Shown one piece after another: positions 1 through 8,853 of a stretch of 64,000 nucleotides of DNA. The position numbers and the translations under genes were made by a program. The notes beneath the pieces were generated by a model. It ran no database searches, was not told the DNA's origin, and saw only the letters and a list, made by a program, of their open reading frames with translations. Positions within the stretch are counted from its first letter, which is position 1. Every line of letters begins with the position of its first letter. Origin of the DNA: a virus. Location of the stretch: positions 1 to 64,000 of IMG/VR virus record IMGVR_UViG_3300032092_000021. One strand, given 5' to 3'.

Positions 1-264
1 ACTAATGTCTGCATCAAACCCTTCGAACTCAGTTGAGTGCCAAAGTGGTATACCGTTTTCGCTCTCACGATAGTAATCCTTACCATCTGGGTTATCACGC
101 TTGAAGCGCTTATACATACTAATCTCTTCAGGTGTAGCATCTACAACCGCGTACAGGTACATCGGCTTAACATCGCGTACTACCTTACCATCTACAATAA
201 CTGGAACACCATTTACTATGCGAGAAACTCCCTTCTCGTAGTAGTCAACATACTTTAACTTCAT
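1..264 (-). CDS. Hypothetical early protein, truncated at window edge (MKLKYVDYYEKGVSRIVNGVPVIVDGKVVRDVKPMYLYAVVDATPEEISMYKRFKRDNPDGKDYYRESENGIPLWHSTEFEGFDADIS...)
   Basis: Manually translated: ATG at 264, 88 open codons to position 1, A-rich leader (aaacaattcaaacaaATG). Absent from the ORF track because its stop lies outside the window. Confidence 0.8.
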   Translation of the reverse strand, partial: MKLKYVDYYEKGVSRIVNGVPVIVDGKVVRDVKPMYLYAVVDATPEEISMYKRFKRDNPDGKDYYRESENGIPLWHSTEFEGFDADIS

Positions 265-330
265 TTGTTTGAATTGTTTGAACTGTTTATAAAAGATTGA
301 TTGTTTACTTAGCTAACTCACTGCTAACGT

Positions 331-440
331 GCTGTTTAAAGATATAATCCTGAATACCTTGAGTAACTTGACTAAACGTGAGTACGTGAGTACCTTGAGC
401 GGTAGTAAGTCCCAAAGTAACCGGTAGTAATCGGTAGTAA
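331..440. repeat. Intergenic repeat block A (GCTGTTTAAAnATATAATC followed by TGAGTA and CGGTAGTAA repeats)
   Basis: CGGTAGTAA at 400, 422 and 432; three TGAGTA copies; the block is paralleled at 977-1065. Confidence 0.7.
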
Positions 441-548
441 AAAACATAAAACCCAGTCGTAGCAAAGGTTTTAAGTTAACTAGTTGATTACCAGTACAGT
501 TGTCTAGTATTATCACCGCTGTAACACCAGTAAGACCGTTGAAAAGTA

Positions 549-582
549 GAAAAAGGGGGAGCTATTACACTCCCACCTTTTC
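549..582 (-). terminator. Intrinsic terminator downstream of 597..965
   Basis: Minus strand GGGAG-tgtaatag-CTCCC hairpin followed by CCTTTTT. Confidence 0.65.
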
Positions 583-596
583 ATAACCACACCATA

Positions 597-965
597 TCAA
601 TGCATAATCCTGTCTGTCTCATCACCATCCCATCTGTCTTCTGATGAACGTGGTCCACCATATGTATCATCTGTGATAGGTACTTGGTCGCTCTCATCAT
701 CGTCGCTGATATTGTCCAAGTTATCTACCACATCGGTTACATCGTGACACTGCGTATGTATCTTGTAGTTGGCTAACTTGATAACCGCTAACCGTAGTGC
801 TACATCAAAGTCTCCATTGAGAGCAGCTACTAGTACTTCATTCTCTCGTCCATTGTGTATAGTGTTATAGTCAATGAACATTGCTGCACATATGATACCG
901 TGTGCTTCGGTATTGGTGAACGGCACTAACTGTACGCGCTCTCCGTTGGTGTGTTGTGTAATCAT
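597..965 (-). CDS. Hypothetical early protein with acidic C-terminus
   Basis: 122-aa ORF, same orientation as its neighbours, followed by a terminator. Confidence 0.7.
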   Translation of the reverse strand: MITQHTNGERVQLVPFTNTEAHGIICAAMFIDYNTIHNGRENEVLVAALNGDFDVALRLAVIKLANYKIHTQCHDVTDVVDNLDNISDDDESDQVPITDDTYGGPRSSEDRWDGDETDRIMH

Positions 966-976
966 ACTAATACTAT

Positions 977-1065
977 GCTGTTTAAATATATAATCGTGTG
1001 TAATCTTGAGTAACCGTGAGTAGTCGGTAGTAATAACTTGAGTACCCGGTAGACTTTGGGGACTT
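977..1065. repeat. Intergenic repeat block B (second copy of block A motifs)
   Basis: GCTGTTTAAATATATAATC, CTTGAGTAAC, CGTGAGTA and CGGTAGTAA are shared with 331-440. Confidence 0.7.
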
Positions 1066-1136
1066 GCGTGTTCCCTGCGGAGCAGGGTGAACAGTATACG
1101 TCAGGATACTGTGATGTTTAAATATATAAAGCGCTG

Positions 1137-1165
1137 AAAAAAAAACAACACCCCGAAGGGTGTTG
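1137..1165 (-). terminator. Strong intrinsic terminator (UUCG tetraloop) after 1181..1819
   Basis: Minus strand CAACACCC-TTCG-GGGTGTTG followed by T9. Confidence 0.9.
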
Positions 1166-1180
1166 CTCTTTGCTGCATGA

Positions 1181-1819
1181 TTAGAAGGGTAGCTCCTCAT
1201 CCTGCGCAGGTGTCTCAGGTTCCGTGTTGAGACCATCGATGTTGTCATCATCGTTCTCATCGACAATCAAGTCGTGAGCAGGTGCAGCACCAACACCCTT
1301 GAGTAGACCTGTAGCTAAGTCCACCACAGCAGCGGTGAACTTGTCAGGAGCACCCAAGGTACCCATGATGTATGCGTCCTTGATGTCTGTGCTCAGAGCA
1401 TCGAAACGCATCCTGTCATGCTTGAACAGTTCGTCCAAACGTGCAACCAACTGCGACGGAGCAATCTTGTACCGCTCCACCGTTTGACCTGCACGCTCAC
1501 CCTTCTCGAGTTTGATGAACCCGTTAGGCACCAACTCACCGAAGGGAAAGTTCAGGTTGCTGTAGAACAGGATAGCACCAGGTCTATCGGACGGCACAAC
1601 CCTACCGTTCCTAGTGTACGTAGCAGGTACAATGACAAAGTCGCTAGACATCTTGTGTCTTTTGATTTTGTCAATGAGTACCATGAGGTCAGCGGTGTCG
1701 CCACCTACTGCATACTCGTAACGTACCTTAGCAGTTTCGCCTGCTGTTGTCAGCTTTACTGACGCGGTGTTCAACGAAGGTCTAACCTCCATTGAACGTA
1801 TATACTGAGCGTATAACAT
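1181..1819 (-). CDS. Putative single-stranded DNA-binding-like protein
   Basis: 212 aa ending in an acidic tail ...AQDEELPF, typical of the SSB C-terminal (D/E)-rich-PF motif; biased codon usage; own terminator. Confidence 0.55.
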   Translation of the reverse strand: MLYAQYIRSMEVRPSLNTASVKLTTAGETAKVRYEYAVGGDTADLMVLIDKIKRHKMSSDFVIVPATYTRNGRVVPSDRPGAILFYSNLNFPFGELVPNGFIKLEKGERAGQTVERYKIAPSQLVARLDELFKHDRMRFDALSTDIKDAYIMGTLGAPDKFTAAVVDLATGLLKGVGAAPAHDLIVDENDDDNIDGLNTEPETPAQDEELPF

Positions 1820-2167
1820 ACAATTGGAATGTGTTGTTTAATGCGTCTATATAGTACCCTACATAGTACACACCACACACATATATACTATGTTGTTTAG
1901 TATTGGTAGTAAGTTCTATCTACTACTTACGATACACCTGTCACCATAGCATAGCTCATGTGTTGTTTAGTTTCCACCACGCATGCACACACTTCTCCCT
2001 GGAGGAATTTTTTTCCATTCGGTACTATGTTTCATGGTAGCCTGTTGATTTCGAGGGGGGTGGGTACCACTTTGGCGACGGTGGGGGGATCGTTTTATAA
2101 CCATCCCCCACAACGCAATGCACGTATAAATTCTCCATACCGGGGGAATAACCTAGGGGATTATTTG

Positions 2168-2175
2168 TATATTTG
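2168..2175 (+). promoter_or_regulatory. Bacteroidota-type -7 promoter box TAnnTTTG at start of late region
   Basis: TATATTTG 24 nt upstream of the first plus-strand ORF. Confidence 0.55.
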
Positions 2176-2199
2176 TAGTATAATAAGTATATTTATAGT

Positions 2200-2526
2200 A
2201 TGCCTACAAGAACTGGTTATATAACTACTAATACGTTTGAGGGTACACTAGAAGCGGGAGTCACCGATGTGTTTATAGGATATCCCTCAGGAACTACCTT
2301 TGTTAATAGGATTACTCTTACCAATCCTACTGTGTCTGTTACCGTAAAGGTTAGTATTAACCGTACTGATGGCAATACAGTACAGGTGTATAGTTATACT
2401 CTTGCCGCGGGAGATGTTTTGGTGGATACTTTTGGGTATAGGCTAGCATATAATGATACTATATCAGTAGATAACTCTGATGATGGTACAGTGTGTGTCG
2501 TTAATGGGAATTTTAATAAATCATAA
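2200..2526 (+). CDS. Small beta-rich virion structural protein
   Basis: 108 aa, Thr/Val/Gly-rich, immediately upstream of the fibre gene. Confidence 0.65.
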   Translation: MPTRTGYITTNTFEGTLEAGVTDVFIGYPSGTTFVNRITLTNPTVSVTVKVSINRTDGNTVQVYSYTLAAGDVLVDTFGYRLAYNDTISVDNSDDGTVCVVNGNFNKS

Positions 2527-2528
2527 TA

Positions 2529-5500
2529 ATGGCAGAGTTCTCGATTAATAACCCCAATGGATATCTTGCGGGAGGACCTGGGAATTTTCGTGTCTATGGT
2601 CCCGACGGTAGATTAAAAGCTATTGGTGCTGGGGGTGGGGGTGGTGCTACCTGGGGAACTATCACCGGGGATATTCTGAACCAGACGGATCTTATTGACT
2701 ACATTGCTTCTCAAACGGGTGGTGGGTTTGTTCCTGAAAGTAGAACCCTGACTATTAACGGAGAGACCTATGATCTTAGTGCTGATAGAACCTGGACATT
2801 ACCTACCGGGGGTACCGTTACAGATGTAACAGGTACGGGGACTGTATCAGGACTTACCCTTACAGGGACAGGTACTACCTCGGTTACACTTACTCTGGGT
2901 GGGGCACTTGTACTAGTTGCTTCTGATATTACAACAGCTCTAGGGTATACACCGTATTCTGATACCAACCCAGCAGGGTTTATAACTCAGACTACTGCGG
3001 ATGGACTCTACTACCCGCTGACATCTAACCCTAGTAGTTTTGTTACATCTAGTACTTTAACTACGATACTAAGTAACTACCTTACTACCTCTGACGCATC
3101 AAGTACATATCTGACTATTACTAATGCTGCAATTACATACCAACCAATCTTTACTACACAGAATGGTTTGACATATGGTGCGGGGTTACTAAAACTAGGT
3201 GGGGGATTAACCGAAGATACAGCTATAGGGGGATCAAATGGTACTTATTACTTATATCTACAAAGACTCAAAGAGTTAAAGTTAGAAGCTTTTGATGGAA
3301 CAGATGGAACAGAGATAAATCTGACCCCAACTCAGATGCAGGTTAAGACTCCTTTGTATCTTAGCAAAGCAGTAGGAGATGTTCTTACTCTTAAGGATCC
3401 TTCTACTGGGGAGGTAGAATTTGAAACACCACCCACAGCAGGAACACTTGTAGCTTTACCTTTTACAACTGATCACTTAGCTGCAACAAACAATCCATAT
3501 GTAATAGGCGACGTAGTTTATTATCTTGGTAATGTTTATAGATGTATTGCTAATAATGATTCAATACTACCAACCGATACACTTTATTGGACAGATCTTG
3601 GTGCTGGTAATCCACTCGTTCAACAACCATCAGACTGGAACTCAACAACTGGCAACAATCAGATTTTAAATAAGCCAACTATACCAATCAATCTTGATGA
3701 CTTAGCTGACGTAAACGCACCCACACCTTCAAACGGGCAAGTGCTAACATACAACACCACAACAAGCGATTGGGAAGCTGCCGATCCTACTGGTGGGGGA
3801 AGTAGTGGAGGAGGTAGAAGCTACTATCTAAATGGAAGTGTTGTTCAAGGAGACTTTGCAGGTATAACTGACATGAGGGAGATGAGTCCAGTGCCTATAT
3901 CCGGGATTGGGACTAACTTTGTCATAAACGCAGATGGATACATTGCGAGCTTTATAACAGACGCGGGGGATCCAAACAAAGTGTTGATCCCTGCGGGTAA
4001 CTGGAACTTTGAACTGTGGTTTGGCGCTAATAGTGGTGGGGGAAGCCCTAATTTCTACGTAGAGCTTTCTAAGTACGACACGGTGGGTGAAACCTTTACC
4101 TCTATTGCATCAGGTGTGGGCGCTCCAGAGGGTATTACTGGTGGAGCGGTAGTAGACCTTTACTTTACAGCACTTAGTGTTCCTCAGACCACACTCGCTC
4201 TAACGGATAGACTTGCTGTAAGAGTGTGGGTAAACCATAGCGGCAGGACAATTACACTTTACACGGAAGACAATCGTTTCAGTCAAGTCATTACAAGTTT
4301 CCCATCCGGAATTGCCTCTCTCAATGGGCTAACAGCATTTGCACAAAGTTTTGCTACTCCTGGTACAACAGGTACTGCTCCTGCGTGGTCGTCTAGTACA
4401 TCGACTCATACCCTAAACATTCCATTTGCTAGTGCGGCTAGTGTTACTGCTGGATTGATAAGTAAAACAGAGTACGACACGTTTAATAACAAAGCACCTA
4501 TAGCATCTCCAGCATTTACTGGAACTCCAACTGCCCCTACAGCAGCATCAGGAACTAATACAACTCAGATAGCAACTACAGCTTTTGTACAAACAGCTGT
4601 GGAGCAGTCTTCATCTTTAGTTGGAGTATTTGGGGATGGAGGATCTGGTAATGCTACTATTACAGGATCCGTAGCTTTAACCACCGACGCATATTATAAT
4701 GACCTTACTATATCAGGAGCAGGAGTTCTATATCTAAACGGATTTAGATTATTTGTAAAAGGTACCCTGGACTTAAGTAATGCAGGAGCTTCAGCAATTC
4801 ATAATAATGGATATGTAGGAGATTCTGCTACAGGTGTTACAGCTGGAAACAATTCAGGTGGAGGTACATTAGGAAGGGGTGGATATGGTCAGACAACAAG
4901 TGGATGGTTTTCTGGAGCATCAGGATCAAACGTTAACTACAGAGGTGGTAACGGAGGTGGCGGCGCAGCTACAAATACTAATAATGCTGGTAACGGAGTG
5001 CAAAGTCCAATAAGCACACAAGCTGTTTCTGGTGGTTCTGGGGGAACAGGCGGAAAAGGTGGTAACTCAGTTATAGGTGCTGGAGGTAATGGAGGTGCTG
5101 GTCAAACTACAAGCGTATCACCTGCTGTTGTTTACACCAGAACATTTGTTCCTGATTTAGGTCGTATTCAAACTCTTAGACAATCTACCGCAGCTACAAC
5201 TGTTACAACCATATCAGCAGCTGGTGCATATCATGGAGGAGGAGGTGGAGGCGGTGGTTCTTCTACTGCAGGTAATGGTGGTGGCGGAGCTGCTGGAGGA
5301 GGTGGTGGAGGTAATGTGATTGTTTATGCAAGACAAATTACAGTTGGAGCAGGAACAAATGCATCTGCTATTGCAGCAAGAGGAGGAGATGGTGGAAGCA
5401 GCACCTATACTCCAACTACTAATATAGGTGGTGGAGGAGGAGGTGGAGCAGGTGGTGGTGGATACATTTACCTTGTATATGGAACAATAACAGGAGGTTC

Positions 5501-5741
5501 ATACACATTTGCTTCTGCAAATGGTGGAACAGGTGGTAATGCAGGTAATGGTAACGGAACAGGAGTCGGAGGACAAGGTGGGACCGGAGGTTCAGGAGGA
5601 AGAATTACTGCTATCTCTTTGGGTAGCAACACTATAACCGTAGTAGACGGAACGGGTAGTTTAGGAACTACGCCAGCAATACCCACTACAACGGCAGGAA
5701 GCGCAGGTGGCGCAGGTGGAACTTGTACATTCTCATCATAA
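2529..5741 (+). CDS. Tail fibre/adhesin with C-terminal glycine-rich domain
   Basis: Fibre motifs WGTITG, DITTALGYTP, LDDLADV..P.NGQVL.YN and APIASPAFTGTPTAPT..TQIATTAFV; CBM5/12-like YVIGDVVYY..YRC..W; poly-Gly C-terminus. Confidence 0.85.
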   Translation: MAEFSINNPNGYLAGGPGNFRVYGPDGRLKAIGAGGGGGATWGTITGDILNQTDLIDYIASQTGGGFVPESRTLTINGETYDLSADRTWTLPTGGTVTDVTGTGTVSGLTLTGTGTTSVTLTLGGALVLVASDITTALGYTPYSDTNPAGFITQTTADGLYYPLTSNPSSFVTSSTLTTILSNYLTTSDASSTYLTITNAAITYQPIFTTQNGLTYGAGLLKLGGGLTEDTAIGGSNGTYYLYLQRLKELKLEAFDGTDGTEINLTPTQMQVKTPLYLSKAVGDVLTLKDPSTGEVEFETPPTAGTLVALPFTTDHLAATNNPYVIGDVVYYLGNVYRCIANNDSILPTDTLYWTDLGAGNPLVQQPSDWNSTTGNNQILNKPTIPINLDDLADVNAPTPSNGQVLTYNTTTSDWEAADPTGGGSSGGGRSYYLNGSVVQGDFAGITDMREMSPVPISGIGTNFVINADGYIASFITDAGDPNKVLIPAGNWNFELWFGANSGGGSPNFYVELSKYDTVGETFTSIASGVGAPEGITGGAVVDLYFTALSVPQTTLALTDRLAVRVWVNHSGRTITLYTEDNRFSQVITSFPSGIASLNGLTAFAQSFATPGTTGTAPAWSSSTSTHTLNIPFASAASVTAGLISKTEYDTFNNKAPIASPAFTGTPTAPTAASGTNTTQIATTAFVQTAVEQSSSLVGVFGDGGSGNATITGSVALTTDAYYNDLTISGAGVLYLNGFRLFVKGTLDLSNAGASAIHNNGYVGDSATGVTAGNNSGGGTLGRGGYGQTTSGWFSGASGSNVNYRGGNGGGGAATNTNNAGNGVQSPISTQAVSGGSGGTGGKGGNSVIGAGGNGGAGQTTSVSPAVVYTRTFVPDLGRIQTLRQSTAATTVTTISAAGAYHGGGGGGGGSSTAGNGGGGAAGGGGGGNVIVYARQITVGAGTNASAIAARGGDGGSSTYTPTTNIGGGGGGGAGGGGYIYLVYGTITGGSYTFASANGGTGGNAGNGNGTGVGGQGGTGGSGGRITAISLGSNTITVVDGTGSLGTTPAIPTTTAGSAGGAGGTCTFSS

Positions 5742-5947
5742 TGGAAAGAATAATAATGACTTGTAGTGTATGCTCTACAGAGTTAGGGTATATAGATGTG
5801 GAGGTAGTGACTCCAAACTTATTTCAAACCTATATATGCGGGATTTGTAGTAACTTAGTCCCCGATCCTGATAGTGTGATTGAACCTATACCGGATCCCG
5901 AACCTATAATTCCAGACGAACCCATAACCCCAGAATATGAAAATTAA
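5741..5947 (+). CDS. Small Zn-ribbon protein (CxxC...CxxC) with Pro/acidic tail; possible fibre chaperone
   Basis: ATG at 5741 overlaps the fibre stop (TAATG); CSVC and CGIC motifs. Confidence 0.65.
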   Translation: MERIIMTCSVCSTELGYIDVEVVTPNLFQTYICGICSNLVPDPDSVIEPIPDPEPIIPDEPITPEYEN

Positions 5948-7988
5948 CTCGGTAAAATTCAAAGACAAAAAGTCTTTTGACAAAAACAAAAAGAAGTCTA
6001 ACGTACTTGAAATACATGAACCATTTGGTATCATTGTATTTAAAGATGCTGCTGAGGTTACTCCAGATACAACTAAAGTATCGCAGAGTAATCAAGTAGA
6101 TGCGTCATTAGATCAGATCTCTACAGGTCTTGCTATAGTGATTGCAAAAAATCATGGAGAAGCAACTAACTATTTCAAGCTTAATGGCATAGTAGTTAAA
6201 GAGTCTTATGAGTTAACTAAAACTTTCTTTGTTGAAGTTCCTGATTTTATGTCCTTTAACTCATTCTATGAAAGTATTATGTCTACTGGCATCTTTATTA
6301 GCGTAGAACCAGACTACATCGTACCAATGGTAATGGATGCTGAGACAGTATATACTGGTCACTGGCACCTTCCTAATATGAAAGCAGCAGAAGCGTGGTC
6401 TCTTCTACCAGCAGATGGTATGGGAGAAGTTGCGGTGCTAGATATTGCATGTGAAACTGGACACGAAGATTTGCAGGGTGCTCTTAGTCCATTGTCATGG
6501 AATTGTGTTACAGATACTGCGGATGTAAATCCCGTAACTGAAAACGAAAAACATGGTACATGCTGTACTGGAGTTATTGCAGCGGTTTGCAATAATAATG
6601 TTGGTGTAATGTCTTTGGGTGATAATAAAATCAAAGTACAATTCCTACACATTGGCTATGATAGTACAACAAGTGGAGGGTTTAGAACATCGGATACTAT
6701 TGTAACTAGAGCGGTTAATAAGGCAATTGCTAACCCAAAGTGTTATGCAATTTCTATGTCATGGGGTGGAACAGGTAACTATCCAGTATTTGTAAATGCT
6801 TTGAATACAGCTAAAACTGTAGCTAGAAATGGTAAGGGTATTCCAATCTTTGCATCAAGTGGTAACCAAAACAACCCTAATTTTACACAAAATCCTGCAG
6901 CATATCCATCTGTAATGGCAGTAGGTGCTTCTACATCTACTAATACTAAAGCATCATTTAGCAACTACGGACCAAAAACATTTGCTTCTGCGCCTGGTGT
7001 ATCTCTTTATACTGTAGATAGAACCGGTGCTTCTGGTTATGGTACAGAATCTTACAAAGGATTTAGTGGTACATCTGCATCTTGTCCTGCGATGGCTGCT
7101 GTAGCAGCTGCAGTTCTTGTAAAGAATCCGGAACTTACTGAAATGCAGGTAAGAGATATTCTTAAGAATTCATGTAGAAAGACAGGTGGTTATGTATACA
7201 ATGCCGATGGTTGGTCATCTGAACTAGGTTACGGTGTAATTGATATGTTTGCTGCTGTTACTCAAGCAGGAGGTACAGATCCTGGAGAACCAACTCCTGG
7301 TCCAACACATAATTATTATGGTACAGTTTCTACGCCAGCTACTATTCAACAGGGCTCTATTGTAAATGTAGTTTACTCTGTAATTGCAGATAAAGCTGTT
7401 ACTGCGGATACTGTAATTCCAGTATTGTTGTCGTTTAAAAATGCAAACAATGCAAGTCTAAACTTCTATACTGGTAGTGTAACTATTCTTGCAGGACAAA
7501 CTTCTGTATCTGCAACTATTCCTTACACAGTTCCTAATACATTTAGTGGTGTATGTCAGTTTATTCTTACTATAGATCCTAACAACTTTGTTCAAGAGAC
7601 TAATGAGAATGACAATGTAGCAATGACATCTATCAATGTTACACTTCCTCCTGCTCCGATTGAAGGTGTAGATCTTGGTGTAAAAATCAATAGCTACGAG
7701 TTTCTTGACGCTACAAGAGTAAGAATCAGATACACATTTACAAATGCAGGAAATGTCGATATTCTTAACCTAAAAGCTACCGCTGGATTTGATGGTAGAC
7801 CTGCAACTACTTGGACTAGAACTGAAACCTACAAACCAGGTACTAGCAAATCAATGGCTTCTGTGTTTCCATCAAACATGTGGGGTACATTACCTAACAC
7901 ATTCCGTATTAAAATTACTCAGGTAAACGGAGTATCTGATACCAATGTGGCTAATAATGAATCATCAATAATTGTAAAACCCCTATAA
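5937..7988 (+). CDS. Subtilisin-like S8 serine protease with C-terminal CARDB/Ig-like domains
   Basis: Triad motifs VAVLD, HGT and GTSASCP; oxyanion motif ASSGN; ASFSNYG; C-terminal IDPNN.VQETNENDN and D...NN motifs typical of CARDB. Confidence 0.9.
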   Translation: MKINSVKFKDKKSFDKNKKKSNVLEIHEPFGIIVFKDAAEVTPDTTKVSQSNQVDASLDQISTGLAIVIAKNHGEATNYFKLNGIVVKESYELTKTFFVEVPDFMSFNSFYESIMSTGIFISVEPDYIVPMVMDAETVYTGHWHLPNMKAAEAWSLLPADGMGEVAVLDIACETGHEDLQGALSPLSWNCVTDTADVNPVTENEKHGTCCTGVIAAVCNNNVGVMSLGDNKIKVQFLHIGYDSTTSGGFRTSDTIVTRAVNKAIANPKCYAISMSWGGTGNYPVFVNALNTAKTVARNGKGIPIFASSGNQNNPNFTQNPAAYPSVMAVGASTSTNTKASFSNYGPKTFASAPGVSLYTVDRTGASGYGTESYKGFSGTSASCPAMAAVAAAVLVKNPELTEMQVRDILKNSCRKTGGYVYNADGWSSELGYGVIDMFAAVTQAGGTDPGEPTPGPTHNYYGTVSTPATIQQGSIVNVVYSVIADKAVTADTVIPVLLSFKNANNASLNFYTGSVTILAGQTSVSATIPYTVPNTFSGVCQFILTIDPNNFVQETNENDNVAMTSINVTLPPAPIEGVDLGVKINSYEFLDATRVRIRYTFTNAGNVDILNLKATAGFDGRPATTWTRTETYKPGTSKSMASVFPSNMWGTLPNTFRIKITQVNGVSDTNVANNESSIIVKPL

Positions 7989-8398
7989 TGAAAAACGTAA
8001 TTAAAAAACTTACTTACAGCCTTCAACTTTATGATGGAGTTTGGAGCGTTCCTGTAGCTTTTCTAGCTTTTTTCTTAGCGGGGAAATATGGGTATGAATA
8101 TTTTGGAGATGCTCTGATTTCTACAGAGTACATTCAAGTAGTGTTTATGGCAGCATTGATTCTGATTTTTGCAAACTTTGTTGTATTTCTTGGAATCAAC
8201 TTTAACTTTAGAAGTCTGCAGAGATATTTCTACTCTACTGAAATTAAAGATCATATTAAATCTGAACTAAGCGTATGGCAAAGAATAAAGTTATATCTAT
8301 TTGTTTACTTTTTCTTTTTAGTGTTATTCCTCTTTATAGTGTGGTTGCTAATGACGGTTACTGTGTCAGAGTTACCGCCAACTCTTATGTCGGAGTAA
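7988..8398 (+). CDS. Putative holin (about 3 TM helices)
   Basis: Three hydrophobic segments; overlaps the endolysin gene. Confidence 0.6.
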   Translation: MKNVIKKLTYSLQLYDGVWSVPVAFLAFFLAGKYGYEYFGDALISTEYIQVVFMAALILIFANFVVFLGINFNFRSLQRYFYSTEIKDHIKSELSVWQRIKLYLFVYFFFLVLFLFIVWLLMTVTVSELPPTLMSE

Positions 8399-8853
8399 GA
8401 GAGAAAGGTGGAAATAATAGAGGATTTACTGATAGGGGACTAAAGAGAATGATGGCAGATGTCGGGTGGAAACCCGGTTATGCTTGGTGTGCTTTTTTTG
8501 TAAGAGCTATGCTTGATGAATGTGGGGTTAGCAGTACTGTAACAGGTTGGTCACCCACTGCATACAACAAAAAAGATGTCATTTTCACAGATGGTAGATT
8601 TTACCAGAGTTTCAAATCTAATGATGTTTTGGTAATGACACTTTCCTATAATAAGTTTAAGAATACAGGTAGATATAAAGCTATAGGTCATACAGGAATC
8701 GTAGATGCAATAGGTAAGTATTCTGTAAGAACTATAGAAGGAAATACTAATGATAGTGGTTCTAGAGACTCTAGATCAGGAGATGGCGTGTACGTAAAAA
8801 TCAGACCCTTAAATAAAAACTTACACATAACAAGATGGAAAAAAGCAAGATAG
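8275..8853 (+). CDS. CHAP-domain endolysin with N-terminal signal/anchor sequence
   Basis: AWCAFFV, GHTGIV and IEGNT CHAP motifs; hydrophobic N-terminus ending ...SVVA. Confidence 0.85.
   Translation: MAKNKVISICLLFLFSVIPLYSVVANDGYCVRVTANSYVGVREKGGNNRGFTDRGLKRMMADVGWKPGYAWCAFFVRAMLDECGVSSTVTGWSPTAYNKKDVIFTDGRFYQSFKSNDVLVMTLSYNKFKNTGRYKAIGHTGIVDAIGKYSVRTIEGNTNDSGSRDSRSGDGVYVKIRPLNKNLHITRWKKAR

Noticed and set aside
37-258. Plus-strand 73-aa ORF
   Set aside because: Shadow of the better-supported minus-strand gene 1..264.
331-1065. CRISPR-like mini-array
   Set aside because: Repeats are only 6-19 nt, irregularly spaced, with no constant-length spacers; the PD-(D/E)XK nuclease has no cas neighbours.
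313-1266. ORFs 313..516 and 982..1266 (minus)
   Set aside because: They run through repeat or terminator sequence with non-protein-like composition; 982..1266 crosses a strong terminator.
1958-2224. 88-aa plus-strand ORF
   Set aside because: Spans the G-run/hairpin non-coding region; no recognisable features.
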